Of a DNA stretch of 64,000 nt, positions 49,147-61,475 are shown piece after piece. The stretch covers positions 16,724,216 through 16,788,215 of the forward strand of contig OZ316894.1 of assembly GCA_973895155.1 (NCBI GenBank), in the 5' to 3' direction. The DNA comes from Marsupella aquatica (lineage: Eukaryota > Plantae > Marchantiophyta). Position 1 is the stretch's first letter, and each line of letters starts with the position of its first letter. The notes under the pieces are model-generated. The model was not told the DNA's origin. It saw only the letters and a program-made list of their open reading frames with translations, and made no database searches. The position numbers and the translations under genes are program-made.

Positions 49147-50429
49147 CTGAGATTTACTATTTTGCCACCTTTTCTTTGCAAAATTACTACCTTGCCATGG
49201 TTTTTAGATTATTTACTAGAATGCCACCTTTTTGCAGCAGTGGTTAAGTTAACCACCTATGGTTAACTCATACTCATCCGACGACCGAAATCATGCCACA
49301 TGTCTGCATCCAATGGTGAGGATTCCCCTCAAAAAAATCTCTACCCACCTTGTTCTGCCCCAGCTGAAGGGGTTCGTTGCCTAGTGTGAGCTCACCCCTG
49401 CCCGCCCTCTCCCACTGTCGAAAACCTCTCCCTGATATTCTTGGTTCGTTCCTATCAATCCCGTCGCCTCCTAATCCTTGCTTTTAGGGTAGGAGCAAAA
49501 CACAAACATTGCACTCACGTTTTTCCCAAAGAAAATGCGATTTGAATACAGGACTTGCAATTTCGCCAAAGGAAACGGGAGTTGACAGTGACAGTAGACC
49601 TTCCACTTCCGTGTCATATATCTTTGCATCAGGTAGGTCAAAAGGAGCGTGGAGTAGCTTGTTAGAATCATGACTTCCCCCTCCATATTCTCCCCTCCCC
49701 TCCACTCCCTCTCCTGCCTCTATAGCCACTACATTCAAGTCGTGTTTTCCCCAAAGAAAACGCAATTTTTCTGTCGAAAAATGAATTTTTTTGCAGCACA
49801 ATCCACCTGAACTTTGATTAGCATATCTTTGGATTGGATTGACGAAAACGAGCATGGAGTAGCTCATTGGAACCACAATTCTCCCCTCCATAGTCTCCCC
49901 TCCACTCCCCTCCCTCTCCTACCTCCATAGCCACTACATTCAAGTCGTGTTTTCCCCAAAGAAAATGCAACTTTTCTGTCAAAAAATCAGTTTTCTGGCA
50001 GCACAGTCCACCTGAACTTCGATTAGCATATCTTTGGACTGGATAGACAAAAACAAGCGTGGAGTAGCTCGTTGGAACCACAATTCCCCCCTCCATAGTC
50101 TCCCCACTCCCCTCCCTGTCCTGCCTCCATAGCCACTACATTCAGATCGCAAATTCCCCTGCAAAAATTAGTTTTTTCAGCAGCATAGTGTGTTCAACTT
50201 TGATTTGACATATCTTTGGGTTGGGCAGACAAAAATGAGCGTGGAGTAGCTTGTTGGGATCGTGGCTTCACCCTCCATAACCTCCTCTCCTCTCCCATCC
50301 CTTTACTACCTCCACATTAGACCATTTTACCCCTAGATTGCTGCCCAAATTGAGCTGTGATTTCTTTCGGTTTTCACCAGAATCTCAGAAGCTGTTGACT
50401 TTGCGATTCTGATTTGTCTTGGAGATTTT
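49147..50429 (+). repeat. Left TIR of the MULE, containing about 3.5 copies of a roughly 205-bp unit (about 49616-50300)
   Basis: Reverse complement of 52519-53803. Units start CATATCTTTG at about 49616, 49822, 50027 and 50209. Confidence 0.92.
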
Positions 50430-51032
50430 GTAAGTAGGCAACATTGCAAGAGAGGGCAAGCTTGGGGAAGAATGGATTGTCTGCAATCAACTTCTTGGAG
50501 GAGTTTTGTGGCCTGGTCTTGGCTTGAGATTCAACCCAAATTTCAAGCTTGTAGCTGGACTTATGAGCAATTGTTTTTGGTTTTCAAATGAATTACTAGA
50601 ATGCATCATTGCTCTAGGGTATATATGCTCAGCCTGCTTCAATTGACTTTGCACCATGAAAATTTTAGATTCCGCTGGCTACAATCACCAGGTTGAGCAT
50701 AGAGAGCTAAGTCAAGAGCTACTGATCAATCTAGTTCCTAGGAACTTCCATGATGTAATAATGTTTAAGGCACTATATGTTTTGAAGACTATTTTGAATG
50801 TGTTTCAATTGTCCAATTATATTTTACATTGTGCACAATCCACAAGTGTTTGCTTTCAATTTGTCATTGGAACTACATACTGGAGCCAAGAACAAGTAAT
50901 GTTTATTATCTCCTTGGTCCTCAAAAAATTGTCATGAATTTCTATTGGATGTTGAATTTGAACCCAAGACACATTGCCCAGGTTGTCATTCAATCTCTAC
51001 TTATCCTGTAACACACTAGCTAATAAGTGAGA

Positions 51033-52152
51033 TTAAAATCCATGTTCACTATCTGGCTGAGAATTAAACAAATTTGTGACTGATTGAGACATCATTGATA
51101 TATCTAGAACTTCTTGACCAGGTTCTCCTCCTTCATTATCGGAGATGTAAGCATCCTTTCTGCTTGCCATTGCATTGACAGCAAACTCTGGATCATCATC
51201 ATATTCACAATCTGACAAATCATCTTCTGACAACTCATCTTCTGCCTATGCATGAGCATCTGCCAACTCCTCAAGGTCCACATTGTTCTCCTGGTCTGAG
51301 ACTTCTTCTTCACTGTCCTCTGTTGGCCCTCTACCTCTTGCTTGGGACAACATTGCATCATGAGCTGGGCACTTTCTCCTATCATGCCCAAGTTCCTTAC
51401 AATGGCTACATTGTCTGGGTCTTCGAGCTGGATCCTCTGGTGCAAATCTTGGTCGTGCCTTTTCTGATGGGCGGCCCCTCTTCCGCTTGACCAATGGCTC
51501 TCCACAAGCGTTGTTTGGCACAAGGCCATCCTGCAAAATTGCTGGCACACTTGCTGAATATGTCTGCTGAAATGTGACAATAGAATAAAATTCAGAAACA
51601 TAGTCATATTGGCGCTTGTGCAACCTGGTGCAAGCCCTCCATGCATGGACGCAAGGCAGCAAAATGTCCTGCCAATCTCCACAACTGCATTTCCATTCAG
51701 GTTCAAATTCGACCAAAAATTGTCTGCCTAAAAAGTCAGTAACTCTACACTCAGTAGGAGATGAAGCATCAGCAATGAGAAGGGAGGCCTTCTCCTCAGT
51801 ATGCCTCAATAGAGTCATAATGTTGGGAGGAAAGGGTGTAGTGATTGATTCAGCAAGTTGTCGCTTCTCAAAATACTTCGTCATCATGTAGTCCCATAAC
51901 ATATTGGACTGCTTGAAAGCCACTTCTTGTCGTTGTGGCTTCAAAGCCCTATTCAAGCTTTCAGCTTGCTGACTGGTTTCATGGCCCCATCTGCCAACCA
52001 AAATTGTTGGTGAGAATAGTCACAAGAAATAGTACAATTGACATATGATATTCAGACAAACTTGACATATAACCCTTCAATTCTTCAAATGAATCAAAGA
52101 TCTGCCCAACTTTTAGTCTACTTTTCCATTCAAAAATATCATGGTGGTTCAT
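51033..52152 (-). pseudogene. MULE transposase remnant: MuDR N-terminus fused to the C-terminal SWIM and CCHC region
   Basis: LKVGQIFDSFEELK (MuDR N-terminal motif), RWGHETSQQAESLNRALK (third catalytic E motif), SWIM CSCGDWQDILLPCVHA, KRKRGRP, CSHCKELGHDRRKC, acidic tail. The region carrying the two catalytic D residues is missing. Confidence 0.85.
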
Positions 52153-52518
52153 TGCCCTACAACAAGAAAGCAACAGTCATCAAATTCAGCATCTGGAAAT
52201 TAAAGGTCATAGTGAAAGTGCAAATGTTCATAGAGATTGAACAGCGGCAGCAAACTAAGTGCAACAATTCAATAAGAATCTGTAGACTTAACACACAGAA
52301 AAGAATCACAATCCCACAAAGATAATGCAACAATTCAATCACAATCCCACTGAGAAATAGGAGAGTTTGCGAAGCTCACATAGTTGAAGAAATTGATCAC
52401 GATTCCTGCCAGATCAATGACATTTGAATAGAAGTTGCGATTGATTGTAGTCTTGTGCTTGAACAGTTACCTATGGAGATAGGAGCCAGCTGCTTATGGA
52501 GCCATGTTATCCAATCAA

Positions 52519-53803
52519 AAAATCTCCAAGACAAATCAGAATCGCAAAGTCAACAGCCTCTGAAATTCTGGTGAAAATCGACAGAAATCGCAGCTCAATT
52601 TGGGCAGCAATCTAGGGACAAAATGATCTAATGTGGAGGTAGTAAATGGATGGGAGTGGAGAGGAGGTTATGGAGGGGGAAAGCACGATCCCAACAAGCT
52701 ACTCCACGCTCATTTTCGCCTGCCCAACCCAAAGATATGTCAAATCAAAGTTGAACACACTATGCTGCTGAAAAAACTAATTTTTGCAGAGGAAGTTGCG
52801 ATCTGAATGTAGTGGCTATGGAGGCAGGACATGGAGGGGAGTGGAGGGAAGACTATGGAGGGGAGAATTGTGGTTCCAATGAGCTACTCCACGCTTGTTT
52901 TTGTCTATCCAGTCCAAAGATATGCTAATCGAAGTTCAGGTTGACTGTGCTGCCAGAAAACTGATTTTTCGACAGAAAAGTTGCATTTTCTTTGGGGAAA
53001 ACACGACTTGAATGTAGTGGCTATGGAGGTAGGAGAGGGAGGGGAGTGGAGGGGAGACTATGGAGGGGAGAATTGTGGTTCCAACGAGCTACTCCATGCT
53101 CGTTTTCGTCAATCCAATCCAAAGATATGCTAATCGAAGTTCAGGTGGATTGTGCTGCAAAAAAATTCAATTTTCGACAGAAAAATTGCGTTTTCTTTGG
53201 GAAAACACGACTTGAATGTAATGGCTATAGAGGCAGGAGAGGGAGTGGAGGGGAGGGGAGAATATGGAGGGGGAAGTCATGATTCTAACAAGCTACTCCA
53301 GGCTCATTTTGACCAACCCGATGCAAAGATATATGACACGGAAATGAAAGGTCTACTGTCACTGTCAACTCCCGTTTCCTTTGGCGAAATTGCAAGTCCT
53401 GTATTCAAATCGCATTTTCTTTGGGAAAAACGTGAGTGCAATGTTTGTGTTTTGCTCCTACCCTAAAAGCAAGGATTAGGAGGCGACGGGATTGATAGGA
53501 ACGAACCAAGAATATCAGGGAGAGGTTTTCGACAGTGGGAGAGGGCGGGCAGGGGTGAGCTCACACTAGGCAACGAACCCCTTCAGCTGGGGCAGAACAA
53601 GGTGGGTAGAGATTTTTTTGAGGGAAATCCTCGCCATTGGATGTAGACATGTGGCATGATTTCGACCTTCGGATGAGTATGAGTTAACCATAGGTGGTTA
53701 ACTTAACCACTGCTGCAAAAAGGTGGCATTCTAATAAATAATCTAAAAACCATGGCAAGGTAATAATTTTGCACAAAAAAGGTGGCAAAACAGTAAATCT
53801 CAG
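52519..53803 (-). repeat. Right TIR of the MULE
   Basis: Reverse complement of 49147-50429; mirrored spurious ORFs (49484-49891 minus vs 53152-53466 plus) give near-identical peptides. Confidence 0.92.
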
Positions 53804-54679
53804 TACTTTCAAATCTGGTCCTGATATTCTAGACGACCCTATCCCCCTATACACAATATGCACAAATGCTAGAGTTTGACATAAAGTTTGTGCCATTTGG
53901 AACTGAATGCCGCTATGAGTACAATTGCCGAAAACAGATTTCCTGATATGTAGCATGTACACAGGTAGAGAACTTCGATCCCTAAGCAAAGATTTCGTCT
54001 TGTTCGAGTTGACTTTACAGCGAACATAGAAATATTATGGGAACATAATTTCAGGGTTCGATCAGGTTCGAAATACCCTGGAATGAGTTTCTTTAGTGCC
54101 AAATCCCTACTTCAGGCAACCAAAACGAGAGAACGGACTAGCCATCGTTGGCCAATTTCGTTGTCGCTGGTTGGGGAATAGCATGGATCCACTTCTAAGC
54201 CACAGTGGATTACTTGAGTCACTACATCATCACAGGAAGAAATTAATCGGTACAGACTCGAGCAGGATGAAAATTTCGCATGGTTGCTTTGGTGCAGTGC
54301 AATCTATGACTAACAAAACCTCTGGGAGACAGCTCGTCCATGAGGGTGTTCAAAGAGACATCTACAGTAGTTCCTCTTGATACTTACTGTAGTTGTAAAG
54401 GAGCAAAACAGGAATTTCGTACTGGAGTAAGTTCTTTTTCAAATGATGTGAAGCTTTTGTTTCCTTCCACCGTTAACTACATCTTCTACATCATTTGATC
54501 GTTGCCGTCCGTGATTGGACAGGACACGACCTAATCCAGAACCACGGAAACAAGGTACAACACTGTTCCACACAGTTCAGTGAAAGAGAGCCACTCCCTG
54601 TCGGTGGTCTCATATAAAACAGTGCACCAAGGTAGATCGTACTCAAAACTGGCTCAGATAACCTGTGGATTGCAGTAGT

Positions 54680-57121
54680 TCAATAATCTGTACATTCGCT
54701 CTCATTAATATCATTTGATGTATTGAGCTTGTCATAGAAAAGAGCCACCTTATGGTGGATTTTGATTTTGGAGGGATCAAAACCAATAAGCCGTAAACCA
54801 TCCAAGCTCTTGACGCGCGAGAGGGCAACATAAACCATACCATAGTCAAATGCCCTGGAAAGATCCGTTTCAACTCTGTCCAACGTCATTCCTTGACATT
54901 TGTGCACACTGAGTGCCCATGCCAGTAACAAAGGTATCTGAGTTCTCCTTGCCACTTCCTTGTCCCCCTCCAGTATATCCCAACTCTCTGGTATGACCAG
55001 TCTCACCACATTATCGCAAGCAAATCTCACAAGGGGCCACATGCCAGTAGGACTAACTGATTTCACAGATGCCTCCACTATCTGATTTCGACGGTCACTT
55101 GGTGCAGTAAAACCCACAACAACTCCCCTGGCTCCATTCACCAGTCCGGCACCGGCGTCTAAATTCTTGGCCAGCATAACCTGCAAATGAAGGGCCACAG
55201 ATTGGGCTGGACGCCATGAGAGACACTTCCAAGTATACAAAGAAACGAACGAATTGTCTGACGAAGGCAATAATTTATACAGTCATGCTTATTTATACAG
55301 TCAAATGATTTCCTGCTTATTTGCCAAACTTTCTCGTAAATGTTCCACAAACGGGTTCCCTGATTGGCAGTTGCAATGACCCTTTCTGAGCCACTTATCT
55401 GCCTTCATACACATTTATCCATCAAAGAGGGAGGAGAACGACAAAATTGCAGTCACTCAAAGATAGAGAAGCTAGCAGGCTCGAATGCAGAAGTTAGGAA
55501 CGAAACGTGTTAGAGGAGTAATGAGTGCAGAAGTCGGTACCTGGGCTCCACAAGATAGCGAAATGACACGTTCTACCCTCATGTTGTCAAGTTGCTTTTT
55601 CGCAAAGTCGTTGCGCGCCTCGTCCTTGGCCAGGAAGACGACTGTGGGTTGTCCAAGAGCCCGGAGGTTTTGCTCATTTTCTCGACCTACATCCATTTTG
55701 CGGGGATACAACTGAGTCGGAATGACTCCAGAGTTATCACCCACTGGACCGGAACAATTCTGCAGTCTCCGCTGAATGGCGGGTGAACAGTGTCCTCGCC
55801 TAATCTCGTTCAGCATTCCAACAAACTCTTGATCAGACTGCCGAAACACAGTTTTGAGCTCGATCTGCAAATCAAAACACTGATGCCAGCAGTCGGCCTC
55901 AAACGCGAAATACTTCTTAGGATTCTCAGGATTCACGGGGGGAAGCTGAAAAAAATCTCCCGTGACAACTAACTGAATGCCACCAAACGGCTGCGGCTTA
56001 TTCCTCAATTTTCTACCAACGAAATCCAACTTGTCGAAAAATGCTCCGTCTATCATACTGATTTCGTCAATTATGAGAGCTTTGGCCAAGATCCACCGGT
56101 TTTTGACTTCCCTCCTGCCCTTTGCCCTCTCAACCAACTCCTCTTTCTTTCCGTTCCCCAGACCGACTCCAGCAAATGAATGTACTGTCGTTCCACCCAG
56201 AGCACAAGCAGCTAGACCAGTGGAAGCTGACACGTACACATGATCACCGCCGTGGACGATCTTCAGAAGTCTTATAGCATATTCGAGCACATAACTCTTC
56301 CCAGTCCCAGCAGATCCTGTCAAAAACACAGACTTGCCATCCCGAATAGCACTCAAGACTTGCATCTGTTGCTCGCTTGGCTTGGGCGCGACTTTCGTCT
56401 GCGGAGAAGGATTTGGCCCATTCAGCTGGGGATCTTCCGGCGGCAATGAGTTCATTGGGGGACCTCCAGCTGTGGTCCGCTCCTCGTCTACGACGCTTCG
56501 CGCCCTCGTCCATTCCTCCTCCCCTTCCGCTGCAGCAAAATGCTCGGAGGCTATCTCCCTACCAAAGCTCTGCCCTGGCACAGGCCGCTTTCGGACGGAC
56601 CTCCATCCATCCGGATCGCAATCGGTAGGGGTTAGGTCAACAAACTTCAAATCTTCTTCGTGCTTCCTTTTGAATCCCATGCTAGCCCCAGCAGCTACAT
56701 CTCCGTGTCCTCCTGAGAAGAAAGGAGAGAAAACATAGCCATGACCAACTTGTCCTCCTTCCCCGGACCTGTTGTGATAATCGACCACTGCCGCTGGAAA
56801 CTCCGAACTATCTAAAACTCGAGTATGGGGTTGGGATAGAGGGGTGAGGGGGAACTGCTGCCCACCAATCGACCTGCTGCTGATAAATTTCTCCTTGGCC
56901 TGACGGCGTGCCAACGCCAATTCCTTCTGCTGTGCCATTCGCTGCCTCTGTGCTTCTGAGAGTCCCCCTTGGTTTGGCTGCTGCTGCACGGGTGTTGTTG
57001 GTGGTGGTGGGGATGGTTGCCGTCGTAGAACTCCCATCGACGCCCTTGGCACAAGGTCGTCATCGTCGTCGTCCAGCACAATTATCTCAGGCATCTCGTG
57101 AGGGGCAGTAGGAGTGGTCAT
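54680..57121 (-). CDS. PIF1: PIF1 5'-3' DNA helicase (SF1B). Coding exons 57121-55541 and 55180-54680; an alternative in-frame ATG lies at 57193
   Basis: Walker A FLTGSAGTGKS, ASTGLAACALGGTTVHSFAG, IIDEISM, PFGGIQLVVTGDFFQLPPV, VFRQSD, GAQ|VMLAKN, LVNGARGVV, QIPLLLAWALSVHKCQGMTLD, YVALSRVKSLDGL. GT-AG intron 55540-55181. Confidence 0.93.
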
Positions 57122-57900
57122 AGATAGGCACACGCAGGCATCTCGTGAGCGGCAACAGGAGTGGTCATAGTCAGGCACACGCAGTTGCTGCATATGTTGC
57201 AAGAGGCAGTGGCCGAAGCCCTTACCCAAGGTACCACAACAACAAACAACCTGATGACGAACAGGGAAAACCTGGCACAAAAAGAAAGAGCAGCGAGTGA
57301 TCTCCTCGGACTAGACGGAAGATGAAGAGACAGAGGAGACCAGTGACACCATTTTCGTAAATCGTGTCACATGTGTTCCATTCCGCCGATGTGCGCACAG
57401 AATGTGTGCCTGAAACTGCATTTAGACCACACCGTGTTTGTGCATTTCTGGAAGACGCTTCATACCATACCAGGCCACAGCACATCAAATTACATTCGTG
57501 ATAGGGCGGGCTACGAATTCAGCGCAGACACAACCAACCAACGACAAAAGAATTCGACACCGCGCGCGTGACGGAGAAATCAGCCATCAGCAGAGCCCGA
57601 CTAAGAGAAAACAGGGCATGGGCAGGGCACGCAGCAGCTATCGGGGAATCGCATCGTCCATAGATGACAAGTAACGTAATTGTGCACTAGCGTTTCAGGA
57701 GCAGCGCACCACTGGAGAGAACCAAGCTCAGATCAATAGTTGCTTATTGAACGATCGAAGCACTGAATGCGCAGTAAGAAAAACTTCCAAAAAAAAACCA
57801 GTGGTCCGCAAACAATGTCGGCAGTTCGCCAATCGGTTTGGCATGTGTATGATTTGTGCAGAGTGGAAGAAACGAAATGCAGAAAGGTGAGAAACGTAAA

Positions 57901-57935
57901 GAGGAGAGGAGAGGAGAGGAGAGGAGAGGAGAGGA
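57901..57935. repeat. (GAGGA)7 microsatellite upstream of PIF1
   Basis: GAGGAGAGGAGAGGAGAGGAGAGGAGAGGAGAGGA read directly. Confidence 0.9.
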
Positions 57936-59504
57936 AACACCGAAGGATTGAAAATCAAATCAAACCGAATTGAGAGAGGCACAGGGCGGGAGAGGAGCAT
58001 GGCGGGAAAGGCGAGAAATCCCAACTCTGGATACAGTTCCGTTAATTTTTTTAAAAATGGGTGGCCACATTAATTAGTGTTAATTACACTAATTAGAGAG
58101 CGCGCCAATTTCAGCTGTACCCATGTGCAGTAGTATGAATTGAGTTTTGTTTGTTTCACTTTGGAGTGTTGACAGTAGAGTTGTACTTAGTGTGTTCAAA
58201 TACAGGTGACAGGATTTTTTAAGTGTCATCTCTAAGTTAATACCTGAGGATTTGAATTGAGTTGAAAGTCATGTCTTAGTTTAACTACCCAGGATTTGTA
58301 TAGGGACTGAAAATCCCATTAAGTATTACTGTCTCTATCCATGGGGTGGAGCTGCTGACTGCTACCCTTCCTGGCTCTATATCCATGGGGGTGAGCTGCT
58401 GACTGCTTGCCCTTCCTGATAAACTAGTGGTCTGGTACATTGCTTTTGGATGCACTTGATAGTTCCATTTCAATATTGAAAGACCAATTTGTGGGCAAAA
58501 GATGATTATTCTGTCCTCCCATAGCTTTGGGGGCAGCCGCAGTTTCCACTGAAGCATCTCTTTGAATCTATTTAGATCCTGGCTCAGCCTAACTCAAAGT
58601 GCTTATCTCCCAAATTGGTGGAGGACCAGCAAAATTAGTGCACATGGATACACTAAAAGCAAACTGTTTGTAGCTTCAAAACAGCTTTGATTGGTTTTCA
58701 ATTGTTACTCCTTAGTTACAGGCAAGCTTTTAGCATTGGTGGTGCTAGATGCCTGGTCACAGAACAATGGATTCTCGTCACAATGAATATCTCCTCAACT
58801 CACCAAGGGGAGTTTTCAAAGCCTAGTTTAAAACTCTAAGTAGGCTTATCTGATGTGTCCTAAGTTTTTCTGTATTGCACAGGATGACCTGTATCCATAC
58901 TTCTTATTTGTTTGCCTGCCACAGCCCATTGGGTTAGCTCAGGAGGGGTGGCAATACCTCCCACACCTCCTGCCTGATTCTGGGCAAGCAAAAGACTCCA
59001 TAGATCAGGTCTTGGTGGCATGTAGAAATCCATCCACGTCAGAAAATGTGCCCAGTTTTGAAGCATCAGATCTAAAACATTTGAGTCAAACATTTCCCAA
59101 TGACAGGTAGTGATGTGTGTACGCCCACTGTGAGTAGGGTGCTGAATGGGGGCTTGGGCCAGGTCAGGCTCATGCATGCCACTTTAATGGATGCTTGATA
59201 GAATTTGGAAAGAATTGGGCCTAAGATTCTGTAAAGTGGCTCTCACTAACAAGAAGATGTATAATTTTTTGTTGGATCTACCAGAGCCCTAACAAAACCT
59301 GCATAAATGTGGTCTCACAAAGTCCCAAGCACAATTTCTTCACTGGTGGAAGAAGTGATGGTAAAAAAATTGTTTTCTTGTTTGCATGTTATCTCTGCAA
59401 AGTCATGCAACACAAGCAAGCCCGTCAATATTGCGCCCACCTGTCCTAACTTGAATGTAATGGTCTTATTCAGAGGCCAGTCTTTTCTTTCTATGCCTGA
59501 GATG

Positions 59505-59830
59505 CAATTTGCATCAAATGTGGGAACAGGCCAGACTTCACTTTACATAAAGTTGGAGAGATTGCCAAGTCATTACCAAACTTGCTGATGTGGCCTCACT
59601 TTTTATCAAAAACTTAGACAACCTCTTGAAGTGGTCTAAAGACTGTACTGGTTGGTCCATTTCTATTCACTTTACATGAACTTGGAGGCACAATCTTGCA
59701 AAGTCATTACTAATCCTAATCACCTGCTAGTGGGCCCCCTTTTTTGCTGACGTGGCCATGTTTTTTATCAAAAACTTAGACAACCTCTTGAGGTGGTCTA
59801 AAGAGTGTACTGGTGGGTCCATTTCTATTC
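59505..59830 (+). repeat. Dispersed repeat family B, copy 2 (locally duplicated in tandem)
   Basis: TTTTTATCAAAAACTTAGACAACCTCTTGA.GTGGTCTAAAGA.TGTACTGGT.GGTCCATTTCTATTCA occurs twice (about 59600 and 59762); similar to 35540-35730. Confidence 0.75.
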
Positions 59831-61475
59831 AGGATCCGACACATTTTAGCTCTAGGAATATTAGCTTTCGTGTATGCAATGGACCTCAAGTTTGCACTGG
59901 GTAAACAATGACAATTTTGTGCTTCCAAGTTCTTGAAAAGCCCCACTAACTTGATCTTACGCGTTCGTGCTTCTGTTTGGGCCCGAGCATCCATACCAAT
60001 TGAACTCAAGCGAAATACACTTGACCACGAACTTGTGCAACTTTGCGTACCAAGTTGCATTGGACTCACCAAGCTCTCAATTGCAACTCATCTCCCCTCT
60101 CGGCTATAGTGTCGCTCTGGGTCTGGCAGGTATTTATGTGGTTTCCATATAAGTAACGTTTCATGTTGGCCCAAATTAAAACAAAGTAATGGCTTCTTCA
60201 ATATATTACACTGGTCAATTCCCAACTCTTCAATTGATGAGACTTACATGACAAATGACGCAGTCATCTGGAAGAAAGTTTAACGCACTTTTCCAGATTG
60301 GAGACATGGAGCCAATACAAATAGGACAGAGCACAGTGAGTCCTATGCTATGTCAGACAGGAGTCTACTGAGGTAGGTGGAGAAATGACTCCCCGCTGTG
60401 ACTGCGAACGTTGTGACACTGATTTATACCAAGAGACTTCAATGGCAACTGGTCAGTTTTGAGCTCCTAACAGCAGCACGAGTGTTTGCATCAAACCCGT
60501 GGCTTTCAACCGCACAACTTGTGAACTTTGGGGAGACGAATGTAGAAAGTACAACAGAATTTTACATGCCCATCCTTGTCGATCCTATGGGCACATCGGA
60601 AAAGAGATGTGGAGTTGTTTCAACTTCATTACTGACAGGGGCTCAGAGCTTGTGTTCCATTCGTTCAAACAACTAGTGTCAGCCTAGACGTTGCTCCCTT
60701 GAGTTACGGAATTTAACAATTAAGATAGTGCATGACTCAAGATTGAACAATCCAGGAAATAAGTACTTATACAAGAGTCAAATTTCAAGGTAATTGACGA
60801 TGAAGTCTGACATTTCAACATAAGCCAGAACGACGCCATCCGTATGAAACTGGCAGGACGAGCAATAAGTTGTACTTGGTTTAACACAAAGCCGAATTCT
60901 AAAGTCCCCGACCGCAGTAGTTGTCCAGTGCTGCTCTGTTGCGGGGTAGAGATCCACCACCGGTACTTCCTTCGTTTGCTTTTAACAAGGGCGACATGCG
61001 ATTTTACTGCTGCCATCACCCAGGGGAAGAACGGAGTGGAGGGCTGTCATTCAGCCTTCCATCCAGTTTCTTCCTTGCCTTGATAATTATGTTCGGATTA
61101 CAACATCTTCCTTTCCTGTTACCTAACAATTGTACTATCAGGCATCCAGGTGACTAAAATAAAAGCGCACCTGAGCAAATCTCGACCCTGGGACCTATAG
61201 AAAGTTATGACAGTGAAAGAAAGTCCAGGATGTAGATTAAACATGAACATTGACCGTACCTTATCTCCTTTGTAATGAGCACCACTGGCGGGATACCAAA
61301 GCATGTTCTCAACTATGTACAAGCACTCCCTAATAAAGCAACTTGGCGCCCTCCACTCTCAGAGGAGGGATTCAGACTACCAATAGGAGTCTGCAAAATC
61401 TTGGCGGACAATGTTGCCCTTGAAATGTGTATCACAACCCCTTTCCAGTTTATCCTACCTACAAGCTTGCTAACT

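Larger units (their letters stand above)
49147..53803 (-). mobile_element. Mutator-like (MULE) DNA transposon with about 1.28-kb TIRs (Foldback-like), non-autonomous deletion derivative
   Basis: Ends CTGAGATTTACT.TTTTGCCACC and its reverse complement. 10-bp TSD TACTTTCAAA at 49137-49146 and 53804-53813. Internal MuDR-type transposase remnants. Confidence 0.93.

Noticed and set aside
49471-50164. Repetitive ORFs in the MULE TIRs (and their mirror images at 52992-53466)
   Set aside because: They are by-products of the 205-bp tandem units and do not keep a consistent frame between units.
49616-50300. CRISPR-like array
   Set aside because: The units are contiguous roughly 205-bp diverged repeats without unique spacers, in a eukaryotic context with no cas genes.
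54680-57121. PIF1 as a Helitron RepHel or a gene captured by the MULE
   Set aside because: There is no HUH Rep domain, the frame is intact with a host-like N-terminus and intron, and it lies outside the MULE TIRs and TSD.
58280-59180. Possible decayed L1 ORF2 fragments and a 2 x roughly 43-bp tandem repeat
   Set aside because: No diagnostic RT or endonuclease motif is readable by eye.
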